A stretch of DNA of 63,393 bases from Candidatus Adlerbacteria bacterium (lineage in GTDB: Bacteria > Patescibacteriota > Minisyncoccia > Phycocordibacterales > SBAW01): assembly GCA_903878285.1 (NCBI GenBank), contig CAIRHB010000013.1, positions 1 through 63,393 on the forward strand. Reading direction: 5' to 3'. The position numbers and the translations under genes were made by a program. This document shows, in pieces, positions 51,620 to 60,688 of this stretch. Below the pieces are notes generated by a model. It did no database searches. It was not told the DNA's origin and saw nothing but the letters and a program-made list of their open reading frames with translations. The first letter of the stretch is position 1. Each line of letters opens with the position of its first letter.

Positions 51620-52030
51620 TTATGCAGCAACGGCTTCTTCTGCAACCGAGTTATCCTCCTTCGCTACCGCTTCGGAGGACAGGTCATCTGCTGATGCAGC
51701 ATCTGGCACAACTTCTGTAACAGGTGCGGCTGCTTTCGGCTCTTCTACTTTAGGAGCGACAACCTTCTTTGGCAGCACGTTAATCTTTTTTGCGGTGATG
51801 ATCTTCTGCGAGACGAGCAGGTTGTGGACCGTGTCAGATACCTGTGCGCCTTGTTTGATCCACGCCAAGATGCGCTCGCCTTTCAACTCGACGCGGTCGA
51901 CGCGCGGGTCGTAGGAGCCGACCATCTCGAGGTAGTTACCGGTCTTGGGCTTCTTTTTTGAATCAACAACGATAACCCGAAAACTCGGGTCGTTCTTTCT
52001 GCCGCGGCGCTGGAGTCGTACTTGTATCAT
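51620..52030 (-). CDS. rpsP: 30S ribosomal protein S16 with an Ala/Glu/Val-rich C-terminal extension
   Basis: The ATG at 52030 gives MIQVRLQRRGRKNDPSFRVIV. Confidence 0.9.
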   Translation of the reverse strand: MIQVRLQRRGRKNDPSFRVIVVDSKKKPKTGNYLEMVGSYDPRVDRVELKGERILAWIKQGAQVSDTVHNLLVSQKIITAKKINVLPKKVVAPKVEEPKAAAPVTEVVPDAASADDLSSEAVAKEDNSVAEEAVAA

Positions 52031-52109
52031 AGTTGTAGTGAAAATCCCTCTGAGACGAGGGTGCTGACACTGTAGCAGATGCTGGCGCAAAGTCAATTTG
52101 TGCGCTAGT

Positions 52110-54233
52110 ATGTCTCTATACATGGCTCCCCGTCCCGGTCGACACGACCATCAGCGCCCACAGAACAGCGCTGCAAAAAAGCGAATAGCGGGCATTATCC
52201 AACTGACACGCAAAGGTGTCGGGTACTTGCCGTGGCCAGTCGAGGACGCCGAGCTTGAGCACCATCGCCGCAAAGAAATCGCCTCCGCCAAGAGCGCAGG
52301 CATCGCCAAAGACGCCAAGGCGGATATCGAAATCGCTCCCGAGTACTTAAACGGTGCGCTCAACGGCGACTTGGTCGAGGTCGAGGTGGTCGGACTCTTT
52401 CCCCGACCGAAAGGCACTGTGGTCGCCGTGACCGAGCGTGCCAAGACCGAGTTTGTCGGCACACTCAAGCAGGGCGCGGGCGGATGGGTCGTACTCGCGA
52501 GCGACATCAAGTTTTATCGCCCGATTCAGATCGCTCGCCTACCCGAGGGCGCGAAAGCGGAGGATCGCGTACTAATCAAGCTGCTCTCCTTTAGCGGCGG
52601 CAAGGATCCCGAGGGCGAGATTATCGAAATCATCGGCACTGCTGGCGACCATCGCACCGAGATGAACGCGATTGTGCTCGAGCACGGCTTCTCGACCACC
52701 TTCCCGCCCGAGGTGCTGTGCGAGGCAAAAGAGGTTGAGAAAAATCACGCAGCAACGATCGCTGCCGAGGCGTCGAAACGTGCCGACTACCGCAACGTGG
52801 TGACGATGACCATCGACCCATTTGATGCAAAAGATTTCGACGACGCGCTTTCGGTAAAAACACTCGACAACGGCGACTTTGAAGTCGGTGTGCACATCGC
52901 GGACGCGACCTACTTTGTCCGCCCGGGCACGGCGCTCGACGACGAGGCGACCAAGCGTGGCACGTCGGTCTACCTCGTCGACGCAACCATCCCCATGCTG
53001 CCGCTCGAGCTCTCGGGCAACGTCTGCTCACTCCGCGAGGGCGAAGACCGGCTCGCGTTTTCTGCGACGTTCCGGATCACCCCCGACGGCCGCGTGCTCG
53101 ATCGCCGATTCGAGAAATCGATCATTCGATCCAACAAGCGCTTTACCTACGAGGAGGCACAGGCCGTGCTCGACCAGCATGACGGAAAAAACATAACAGG
53201 CGGCGTTGCATCAAAAAAGTTTGAGAAAGAGTTGTTGATCCTGCGCGGACTCGCACGTATTTTGCGAAAAGGGCGCGAGCAGAGCGGCGCGATCGACTTT
53301 GGCGACAACGAGGTGAAATTTGTTCTGGACGAGAAAGGCGTGCCCGTTGATGTGGTGCGCAAAGAGCGCATCGAAACAAATTTGCTCATCGAGGAGTTTA
53401 TGCTCCTCGCCAACCGCGAGGTCGCGACATATGTGACCAAGCTGGCAGAGAAAGTCCCTGAGCATGGGCTCGTCTTCCTCTACCGTATCCACGACAAGCC
53501 AAAGGAGGACAGAATCGAAGAGCTCGCGACGTTTGTCCGCGCGATCGGCTACGAGTTTGGTAAGATTCAAAAGAAAAATGGCGCACCGAACAAAAGTCAT
53601 TACTCCGCACGCGACATCGGCAAGCTGCTCGCGCAAATAGAGGGCAAGCCCGAAGAGCATTTAATCCGCACGGCGACGCTGCGCTCGATGGCAAAAGCAA
53701 TCTACTCGACCAAAAATATCGGGCACTTTGGACTCGCGTTCGACTACTACACGCACTTTACCTCGCCCATTCGCCGCTACCCGGACATGCTGGTGCACCG
53801 TATCCTCGCGTCGCACCTACCCGACCGACAGACCGGCCTGCCTGGCAACCCGATCTCGCGCCGCGAGTACAGCAACCTCGAAAAGATGTGCCTCACCGCG
53901 AGCGAGCAGGAGGCAAAGGCGGTCAGCGCCGAGCGCGACTCGATCCGCTACAAGCAGGTCGAGTACCTCCTCGCACGCGTGGGGCAAGAGTTCGACGCAG
54001 TTATCTCCGGCGTCACCGACTGGGGGCTGTACGTCGAGGACACCAAGAGCGCGTCCGAGGGCCTTGTCCGCGTCCGCGCACTCGGCGACGATTTCTATAA
54101 CTATGATCCAAAATCCTACGCACTTGTCGGCCAGCGTACTCAAAAAAAACACGCCCTCGGAGATCGAGTGCGTGTCAAGTTGGTCGCCGCCGACCTTGCC
54201 GCGCGAACCGCGGATTTTGAGCTGGTGCGTTAA
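52110..54233 (+). CDS. rnr: Ribonuclease R (RNB family exoribonuclease)
   Basis: RNB motifs (IDPFDAKDFDDAL, HIADATYFV, TSPIRRYPD) and a C-terminal S1 domain. The start is ambiguous (52098, 52110 or 52122). Confidence 0.9.
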   Translation: MSLYMAPRPGRHDHQRPQNSAAKKRIAGIIQLTRKGVGYLPWPVEDAELEHHRRKEIASAKSAGIAKDAKADIEIAPEYLNGALNGDLVEVEVVGLFPRPKGTVVAVTERAKTEFVGTLKQGAGGWVVLASDIKFYRPIQIARLPEGAKAEDRVLIKLLSFSGGKDPEGEIIEIIGTAGDHRTEMNAIVLEHGFSTTFPPEVLCEAKEVEKNHAATIAAEASKRADYRNVVTMTIDPFDAKDFDDALSVKTLDNGDFEVGVHIADATYFVRPGTALDDEATKRGTSVYLVDATIPMLPLELSGNVCSLREGEDRLAFSATFRITPDGRVLDRRFEKSIIRSNKRFTYEEAQAVLDQHDGKNITGGVASKKFEKELLILRGLARILRKGREQSGAIDFGDNEVKFVLDEKGVPVDVVRKERIETNLLIEEFMLLANREVATYVTKLAEKVPEHGLVFLYRIHDKPKEDRIEELATFVRAIGYEFGKIQKKNGAPNKSHYSARDIGKLLAQIEGKPEEHLIRTATLRSMAKAIYSTKNIGHFGLAFDYYTHFTSPIRRYPDMLVHRILASHLPDRQTGLPGNPISRREYSNLEKMCLTASEQEAKAVSAERDSIRYKQVEYLLARVGQEFDAVISGVTDWGLYVEDTKSASEGLVRVRALGDDFYNYDPKSYALVGQRTQKKHALGDRVRVKLVAADLAARTADFELVR

Positions 54234-54239
54234 ACTCGA

Positions 54240-54521
54240 CTACATTGAGTAAAAACCACCAGTAAACTGCCTCCGCACATACCCTGGAACTTGAGACATC
54301 GAGACAAGGCGAAATTGCTTCTCTCCATTCCCCCTACGCCCCCAAAGACCTGTACCGTCTTGCCCGTACTCAAAACTGCCATCGCCTAAAACTACTTTAC
54401 CAACCACTGTCACAAACAATGGGGTTGTGTTACCAGACACGGGCTTATCCTCCGCCTTGCCAATATCTGGATTTTCACTCGGCTCTTCTGGAGATGGAGA
54501 AAGCGGCGTAACGTCCGTCAT
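54240..54521 (-). CDS. Small hypothetical protein (93 aa), last gene of the MTase/nuclease island
   Basis: GGAGG lies 5 nt upstream of the ATG. It is co-oriented with the two upstream island genes. No family recognised. Confidence 0.45.
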   Translation of the reverse strand: MTDVTPLSPSPEEPSENPDIGKAEDKPVSGNTTPLFVTVVGKVVLGDGSFEYGQDGTGLWGRRGNGEKQFRLVSMSQVPGYVRRQFTGGFYSM

Positions 54522-54602
54522 CCAGACCTCCTCTGCACATGTTCCACCACAATAGCGGATTTTTTGAGCATACTATTGTCCCGCTATTTTGCAACTCGTG
54601 CA

Positions 54603-55694
54603 CTACTTCCCCGATTTGGTGCGGTTGTCTTGCTTGCAGAGCATTTGGCAATTTTCGGCAACGGTTTTGCCGCCCTCGTGCCACGGCGTAATATGGTCTG
54701 CCTCCATCTCCTCAAGCTCAAAGTGCTTACCACATTTTACACAGATACCATCTTGCCGCTCGTATGCCTCGCGCTTTTCTTTATCTTTAAACATACGGAT
54801 ACTGAGCGACCGCTCACTGCCCGTCAATACGTACTCATAAATACCCTTCTTGTTTGTAATATCGTCATCGAGCATTAATTCTTTGATCTTGGCTTCGAGC
54901 TTGGCGGCATCCACCTTTTTGTCTTTGTAAGCATTATACAACTCGCCCCACGCGACATCCTTCATCTCCTTGCGATACGTCGTAAACGTCTTGCGCACCC
55001 ACGCGATCACATCCTGAAAATATTGCCACAACTCGTCGGCACCTTGGTCATGTTGATGCTTGCCCATGTATTCTTCGATATTGCCGTTATTGATCCACGA
55101 TAGCGCGGTCTCTAGATACTCTTGTCGAATGGGCGAACCGCTCACCAACTGACCACCATCGTGCGCGAGCAGATACGCGGCGCAGTTGGTCTTACTAAAT
55201 TTGAGCTTCGCGTCCGAGAGCCACGAACCAGTATACACCGCATTGCGCAACTCTTGGTCGGTTAACTTCTCGCCCGCAATGTTGATTATCTTAAACCAAT
55301 CTAACTTCTCACGGTCGGTGCCCTCGCAGAAATAAATCATTAACTCGTAGTCCAAAATCTGGTTTTGTTCCTCGTCGGTCAAGTTGTGAAAAAAGTAGCC
55401 GCCGAGCGAGTAGTCGCCGCCCACATACTGCCCGATACTGATTGTACGCTGTTGACCATCAAGCACCTCGTATACCCCCGAGCCTGTCTTGACCCAGTAC
55501 ATCACGTTGAGCGGGAAGCTCTTTTTGATTGTTTCAATCACCGCATCACGCTGCTTGCCGTTGTAGACAAACTCGCGTTGATATTTGGGGCGGATATCGA
55601 GTTTACCGCCATACGCCACCACACCCTCCTCGGCACTATCCTTGTAACCCGCAACCACCTCGCGCACTGCAATCTTGTGTAGATCAATTTTCAT
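54603..55694 (-). CDS. DUF262 (ParB-like NTPase, DGQQR motif) domain fused to a C-terminal HNH endonuclease
   Basis: VLDGQQRTISI is the DUF262 signature. The C-terminus CVKCGKHF...ADHITPWHEGGKTVAENCQMLCKQDN is HNH/His-Me finger. It starts 6 nt after the MTase stop. Confidence 0.8.
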   Translation of the reverse strand: MKIDLHKIAVREVVAGYKDSAEEGVVAYGGKLDIRPKYQREFVYNGKQRDAVIETIKKSFPLNVMYWVKTGSGVYEVLDGQQRTISIGQYVGGDYSLGGYFFHNLTDEEQNQILDYELMIYFCEGTDREKLDWFKIINIAGEKLTDQELRNAVYTGSWLSDAKLKFSKTNCAAYLLAHDGGQLVSGSPIRQEYLETALSWINNGNIEEYMGKHQHDQGADELWQYFQDVIAWVRKTFTTYRKEMKDVAWGELYNAYKDKKVDAAKLEAKIKELMLDDDITNKKGIYEYVLTGSERSLSIRMFKDKEKREAYERQDGICVKCGKHFELEEMEADHITPWHEGGKTVAENCQMLCKQDNRTKSGK

Positions 55695-55700
55695 AGTAGT

Positions 55701-56780
55701 TTATTTTTTTACTTTCTTGTTTCTTACAAATATTCGTTTAAATGTCTCTTTACCATTCAGATGCGAACCTCTACCATACACTCCATTCGGATCTTGATCT
55801 ACGCCTCGATTTGATCCAATAATCTCAAATTGCTCTGGATTATATTTATCAAGAAAAGTAATTGGCACCCCCATGACACCGGCAAAATCCATGGGGATTT
55901 CATACACCTTTGAGACCTCAATCGCATCATAATTATCATACGTTGGATACTCCTCTGGTGTATATTTTTTATACAAGGTCATTTCTTCGTGGCGTTTTAT
56001 AGTATCCAGATTTGTAAACCATACAACACTACCCATACTGAAATACTTGATACCATTTTCAATTTTTATTCGTGATTCCGTTGGAATATCATAATCCATG
56101 GGCACTTGAAACCACTTTGTACCACCATTATCATAACCGAGCCACAATTTATTTTCTTTAATAAATTTAAATACCTCTTTGTAGATAATCGCGTTTTGAT
56201 TTCCAAGAATCAAAAACTTTTTATCGTATTCCATCAGCTGCGCGACAAACTCGCGAAAGAGCGAAAATGGCGGATTAGTAACAATAATGTCCGCCTGTTG
56301 TAACAACTCAATACACTCCGCACTGCGGAAATCGCCCGCACTATACGTAACATCATCTGGCAAGTGTCGCGCGACATTTTTGTCACGCCTCAACAAAAGC
56401 TCAACATCCTCCAAACTTATGGCTCCGTCTGCATTTAGATCTGGTACGTCATTTATTTCGACAACATAGGGCTCTTTGTGCTCTGGTTTTAATCCCTCAA
56501 TAGCAAATAGTGGGAGCTGTTTCCCGACAATAGGGCTTTTGATATAGCTTGTTGCTATAAGTTTTTTTAAACCAAACGCTTTAAAGTTTGCGGCAAAATA
56601 TTTGAAGAAATTGCTCTCAAACGGATCGTCGCAATTACAATACACCACCTTGCCACGAAACTGGTCCTTGTAGTGCCTCAATTCCTTTTCAATATCAATG
56701 AGCTGAGTATAAAACTCATCCTTTTTTGCTTGACTCGCCTTATGTAGGTTTTGATTGAGTGATACGCTCGCCATACCCAT
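55701..56780 (-). CDS. EcoRI-methylase-family N6-adenine DNA methyltransferase
   Basis: The blocks DEFYTQ, VVYCNCDD, NFFKYF, TNPPFSLFREF (motif IV NPPF), YDNYDAI and GVMGVPITFL are as I recall them from M.EcoRI. The gene is strongly AT-rich. Confidence 0.8.
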   Translation of the reverse strand: MGMASVSLNQNLHKASQAKKDEFYTQLIDIEKELRHYKDQFRGKVVYCNCDDPFESNFFKYFAANFKAFGLKKLIATSYIKSPIVGKQLPLFAIEGLKPEHKEPYVVEINDVPDLNADGAISLEDVELLLRRDKNVARHLPDDVTYSAGDFRSAECIELLQQADIIVTNPPFSLFREFVAQLMEYDKKFLILGNQNAIIYKEVFKFIKENKLWLGYDNGGTKWFQVPMDYDIPTESRIKIENGIKYFSMGSVVWFTNLDTIKRHEEMTLYKKYTPEEYPTYDNYDAIEVSKVYEIPMDFAGVMGVPITFLDKYNPEQFEIIGSNRGVDQDPNGVYGRGSHLNGKETFKRIFVRNKKVKK

Positions 56781-56831
56781 ATACTACCCCCTCCGCAAGA
56801 TACCGCCACCCCACGCATGCACACCTGCTCC

Positions 56832-59144
56832 CTATTTTGCAACCGCGAGCGCGTCTTCGAACTTGATGGAAAGGAGTTTGGAGATCCCGTCGGAGCCCAT
56901 CGTGACGCCATAGAGGACGCCCGCGCGGGACATGGTTTCGCGGTTGTGGGTGATGACGATGAGCTGCGAGCGCTGCGCCAAGACCTCGATCATGTCGCCA
57001 TAGCGGCGCGAGTTCGCCTCGTCGAGCGCCGCATCTGTTTCATCAAGTATCAAAAACGGCGGAGGGTTGACCTGCGACATCGCGAAGATGAGCGCAATTG
57101 AGGTGAGCGCGCGCTCGCCGCCCGAGAGCATGTGCAGACCTTTAACACGTTTGTGTGGCAGCGAAATATCGACCTCGACGCCGTCGTTTTTATGCGCGTT
57201 TACTCGCGCGGTCGCGTCTTGCACAACACCGCCGCGGAGAGAATCATCCGCATCTGACGCACGGTATTTTGGCGAAAACTCGCTTGCACTTGTAGCATCA
57301 TCAGTGTCGTCGTCCGCATCATCACGCGCAGATTGGATAAGAGACAGTGTCGCACTCCCGCCGCCGAAGACGAGTTTAAAAAATCGGTCGAACTCGGCGG
57401 CGACGGTCGCGATCCCACTCGCGAAGCGCTCCTCCAACGTCGCCGTCAACTCCGCAATCAGTTGGTTGAGCGATGTGGCACTCTGTTCAAGATCAGCGAG
57501 CTCGCGGGCGAGAAACTGCTCGCGTTCGACGGTTTCTTTATGTTCGCGCAGCACCTCGGCAGCATTTGCTGCACCACTTTCCTCGACTTTAATTTTGAGT
57601 CGCTCCAGCTTGCGGCGGCGCTCGTCCTGGCGCTCCTGCGGCTCGTCGACAATGTCCGCATCCGACAGTGGCTCGCCGCTCTCGCTTCGCACTTCATAAC
57701 TGTCATAGTCGGCGATGGCACGGCCAACCAGCGCAGCTGCCTCGCCGAGCTCGAGCCGAAACTGCTCCTGCGCGCGCGACAGCGTCTCGGCACGTGCGCG
57801 CAGCTCGGCGATTACTGTCTCCAACTCGCTCCGGCGCGCCATCGCGGCAAAGAGCTCACGCTCACCTTCGCGGTTGGCATCTTTTTCGCTATCAATTTTT
57901 GCACGAAGCGCCACGACCGCATCACTCACTTCTTTCGCCTTTTGCTCTACAGCAGCGAGTTCTGTCTCGAGTGAGTGCTTTTTTTGATTGAGCTCGTCGG
58001 CCGAGATGCGCGGCTGCTCGACCTTCACCATCCGACGCAAGAAATCTTTTGCGAGGACAATCAGCGCCTGCAAAGCGTGGCGCATCGTCGCCTCGTCGTG
58101 CGAAAGCGCCTGCGCCAACTCCGCCTCGACTGTCTGTGCGAACTCGCGCGCTTGGGTGGCAGGCACGCTGTCGACCATCGTGGTGACAATCCGCGCCTGC
58201 GCGGCGAGCTCGCCCTCGACCCGGCCCAGCTCGCGGCCGAGGCTGTCGCGCCGCGCGGCGAGCCGCCGACCCTCGTCCTCGAGGTGCACCAGCTCGGACG
58301 CGCCTGCGTCATGCTGTTTTTGCGCGAGTGCCGCGCGCAGCGCGGCAATGCGCGTGCCGAGTGTTGCATACTCTTCCTGTGGGATGCGTCGCTCCTCTGC
58401 CAAGAGCAGTTGCCCGACGCGAATGCGCACGCTCTCGCGTTTCAAATATTCTAGATACATCTCGGCGAGCGAGTCGCGCAACTTCTGCGACTCCTCAATT
58501 TTCTTGACCTGCGCACCGAGGTAGCGCAAGTGCGGTGCCAGCTCGCGGCGCAGGCCCTCGACCTCGCGCATATTCTCGGCGGTCTTCTCCAACTTCTTTA
58601 GCGCCTCAACTTTTTTATACAAAAATGCCGTAAGCCCGAGCGCGTCCTCGATCATCTCGCGCCGCTCCTTCGGCGAGCAGGTGAGCACACGGTCGGCCTC
58701 GCCCTGCGAGATAATATGGTGCCCCGATGCGCCGATGTTCGCCGATGCCAAGAGCTCAGTAATATCGCGCAGGCGCACCTGGCTGCCATTCAACACATAC
58801 TCGTTCCCACCATCGCGGTTGACCACGCGCTCGATAGTCACCTCGTCAAAATCGACATTAAGCAATCGCTTACCACCAACTGATGGATTATCAAATACCA
58901 ACTTTACGCTCGCTCGCCCCGCGCGCGGCACCGCCGCCGAGCCATTCCAGATCATATCCTCGCCACGCTTGCCGCGCATCGACTTCATCGACTGCTCGCC
59001 GAGCACAAAGCGAAACGACTCGGCGATGTTCGACTTCCCTGAGCCGTTCGGCCCCACAATCGACGTAATCGCCGTGGCAAACGCCAAGGGCGTCCGTTTT
59101 GCAAACGATTTAAATCCGCTCAACTCAATCGACTTCAGGCGCAT
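56832..59144 (-). CDS. smc: SMC-family chromosome partition ATPase, short form without a recognisable hinge
   Basis: The N-terminal head is FKSFAKRT...IVGPNGSGKSNIAESFRFVLGEQS. The C-terminal head is LSGGERALT...LILDETDAALD...IVITH. The total is only 770 aa, and the middle is continuous coiled-coil-type sequence. Confidence 0.85.
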   Translation of the reverse strand: MRLKSIELSGFKSFAKRTPLAFATAITSIVGPNGSGKSNIAESFRFVLGEQSMKSMRGKRGEDMIWNGSAAVPRAGRASVKLVFDNPSVGGKRLLNVDFDEVTIERVVNRDGGNEYVLNGSQVRLRDITELLASANIGASGHHIISQGEADRVLTCSPKERREMIEDALGLTAFLYKKVEALKKLEKTAENMREVEGLRRELAPHLRYLGAQVKKIEESQKLRDSLAEMYLEYLKRESVRIRVGQLLLAEERRIPQEEYATLGTRIAALRAALAQKQHDAGASELVHLEDEGRRLAARRDSLGRELGRVEGELAAQARIVTTMVDSVPATQAREFAQTVEAELAQALSHDEATMRHALQALIVLAKDFLRRMVKVEQPRISADELNQKKHSLETELAAVEQKAKEVSDAVVALRAKIDSEKDANREGERELFAAMARRSELETVIAELRARAETLSRAQEQFRLELGEAAALVGRAIADYDSYEVRSESGEPLSDADIVDEPQERQDERRRKLERLKIKVEESGAANAAEVLREHKETVEREQFLARELADLEQSATSLNQLIAELTATLEERFASGIATVAAEFDRFFKLVFGGGSATLSLIQSARDDADDDTDDATSASEFSPKYRASDADDSLRGGVVQDATARVNAHKNDGVEVDISLPHKRVKGLHMLSGGERALTSIALIFAMSQVNPPPFLILDETDAALDEANSRRYGDMIEVLAQRSQLIVITHNRETMSRAGVLYGVTMGSDGISKLLSIKFEDALAVAK

Positions 59145-59188
59145 GTGGGTATTGTAGCAAGAAATGGTCAGGTGTTATACTAGTCTAC

Positions 59189-59620
59189 ATGGAGAAGACA
59201 GACTTCAATCAGCTAGATACAAAACTCGACGCAATAGTGAGCAGTATATTGGTGCTTACTGGTCGATTTGATACACTCGAGCACAGGTTTGATACCCTCG
59301 AACACAAGTTCGACGCATTGGAGCATAGGTTTGATACGTTCGAGAAGAATGTATCGGATCGGTTTGATGTGCTCGAACATAGATTTGATACGCTGGAGCA
59401 AAAGGTTACTGCATTAGGTGAGAAAGTAGATACTCTCGACAGCAACCTGTCTGACCTGACAGAGATCGTCGTCGCGATAAAAGACAAACTCGAAGACAAC
59501 GATGAGCGGCTTGAGATTGCCGAGGGCAACATCAACGGACTTCACCGCCGCATCGACGCCGAGGTCGATTCCCGCGTCGCACTTGAGGCATTCGTCAGCA
59601 AACACATCCCGGTGGCATAA
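59189..59620 (+). CDS. Heptad-repeat coiled-coil protein (RFDTLEH repeats)
   Basis: 143 aa that is almost entirely heptads, including six near-identical R/K-F-D-x-L/F-E-x units. TATACT-N7-ATG lies upstream. Confidence 0.65.
   Translation: MEKTDFNQLDTKLDAIVSSILVLTGRFDTLEHRFDTLEHKFDALEHRFDTFEKNVSDRFDVLEHRFDTLEQKVTALGEKVDTLDSNLSDLTEIVVAIKDKLEDNDERLEIAEGNINGLHRRIDAEVDSRVALEAFVSKHIPVA
59264..59401 (+). repeat. Six imperfect 21-bp tandem repeats (one 12-nt interruption), coding
   Basis: The units start at 59264, 59285, 59306, 59327, 59360 and 59381 (for example cgatttgatacactcgagcac and aggtttgataccctcgaacac). They are in frame with the CDS. Confidence 0.85.
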
Positions 59621-59633
59621 CACTGGCGCATAC

Positions 59634-60380
59634 TTACCGCAGCTTGTACAAAAATCCGTTTCGGCTCCAAAACCATAGTGGTGGATGCATTTCTATCGGC
59701 GAGATTCCAGAACCATCGAGCAAATTTCGCCAACGCTCAGAAATAGCTTCTTTTGAAAGCGTCTTCGCCTCGTTTTCAGTCAACACGCCGAGCTGCACCG
59801 AGCATTGCGTGATGTGCGTATCGGGCGCAATCTCTATATGTTCTTTGTTCCGTAAATCTACCTTCCCATATTCGCCCAAGATAAAAGACCAGTAGTTAAA
59901 GATCTTTGGTCCAGATACATACGGGAACCCTTTCTTGTGTCGCGCTTGGACAATATCTCGCAAGAGCAAAAAATCATTATTGGTCGCCTGCATCAATTTT
60001 GAAAAACTTCCCCATTCAGTATGCACGGTGTGCGCTATTCTCTTCCAAGTATCGATGTGTTTATTTGGCTGCAATGCAACTTTATGCTTGAGTAACTTTC
60101 TTCGCAACACATCGTCAGACATGCTCGAGACAATCTCCACAGCAAACACATCTTTTGTATCTGGGTCATTCCATGTTTGCAACGCCGACCTCCACAAGGC
60201 GTAACTATCCCGCTGATAATTAAGCGCCATAGGCAATGTAAAATACGCCAACCGCATTTCGGTTTGGTCATCCAAAAAAGCAGGGCTATTGTCCTCTGGC
60301 ATCGTCGTCTGCCCAAGCTGCCCCGTTTTGTACGCTTCCAGCAAACTCTTACAATCTGTAAGTAGTTGTTCTTTATTCAT
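59634..60380 (-). CDS. HhH-GPD-like protein (putative DNA glycosylase)
   Basis: The HhH-like segment FPYVSGPKIFNYWSFIL is followed by IAPDTHITQ, which resembles the GxGxK...xDTHx spacing of endonuclease III. This is a weak, motif-level call. Confidence 0.4.
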   Translation of the reverse strand: MNKEQLLTDCKSLLEAYKTGQLGQTTMPEDNSPAFLDDQTEMRLAYFTLPMALNYQRDSYALWRSALQTWNDPDTKDVFAVEIVSSMSDDVLRRKLLKHKVALQPNKHIDTWKRIAHTVHTEWGSFSKLMQATNNDFLLLRDIVQARHKKGFPYVSGPKIFNYWSFILGEYGKVDLRNKEHIEIAPDTHITQCSVQLGVLTENEAKTLSKEAISERWRNLLDGSGISPIEMHPPLWFWSRNGFLYKLR

Positions 60381-60688
60381 CGCTGCTTGAGTTCTACCTC
60401 CTCTTTATGTAAATCGAACTTGACCACAAACGCATCAAAGAAGCCTCTCTGCCCGACCAGTCCATACGGCATCGCGCGCCCAGCAACCTGCGGCATAAAC
60501 ACCTCGCGCGGCTTACCATCTGCCACCTTGATACCAACAGCTTCGCCAATCTCCGCATCAAACAGACACAGGTCGGCGCCCGAGTCCACCAGCACCTCAT
60601 ATCGGACTGATTCATCCTTCTTACCTCGCACCCGAATCTCAATCACCGGGCGCAAAACCTGTCCGTATTTCTTGTATCGAAACTTCAT
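60377..60688 (-). CDS. Retropepsin-like (clan AA) aspartic protease domain protein
   Basis: The LVDSGADLCLF active-site motif sits in a 103-aa protein. The gene overlaps both neighbours by 4 nt. Confidence 0.65.
   Translation of the reverse strand: MKFRYKKYGQVLRPVIEIRVRGKKDESVRYEVLVDSGADLCLFDAEIGEAVGIKVADGKPREVFMPQVAGRAMPYGLVGQRGFFDAFVVKFDLHKEEVELKQR

Noticed and set aside
59264-59401. The 21-bp tandem repeats considered as a CRISPR or non-coding satellite.
   Set aside because: The repeats are contiguous with no spacers, lie in frame, and encode heptads of a coiled-coil ORF. No cas genes are present anywhere in the window.
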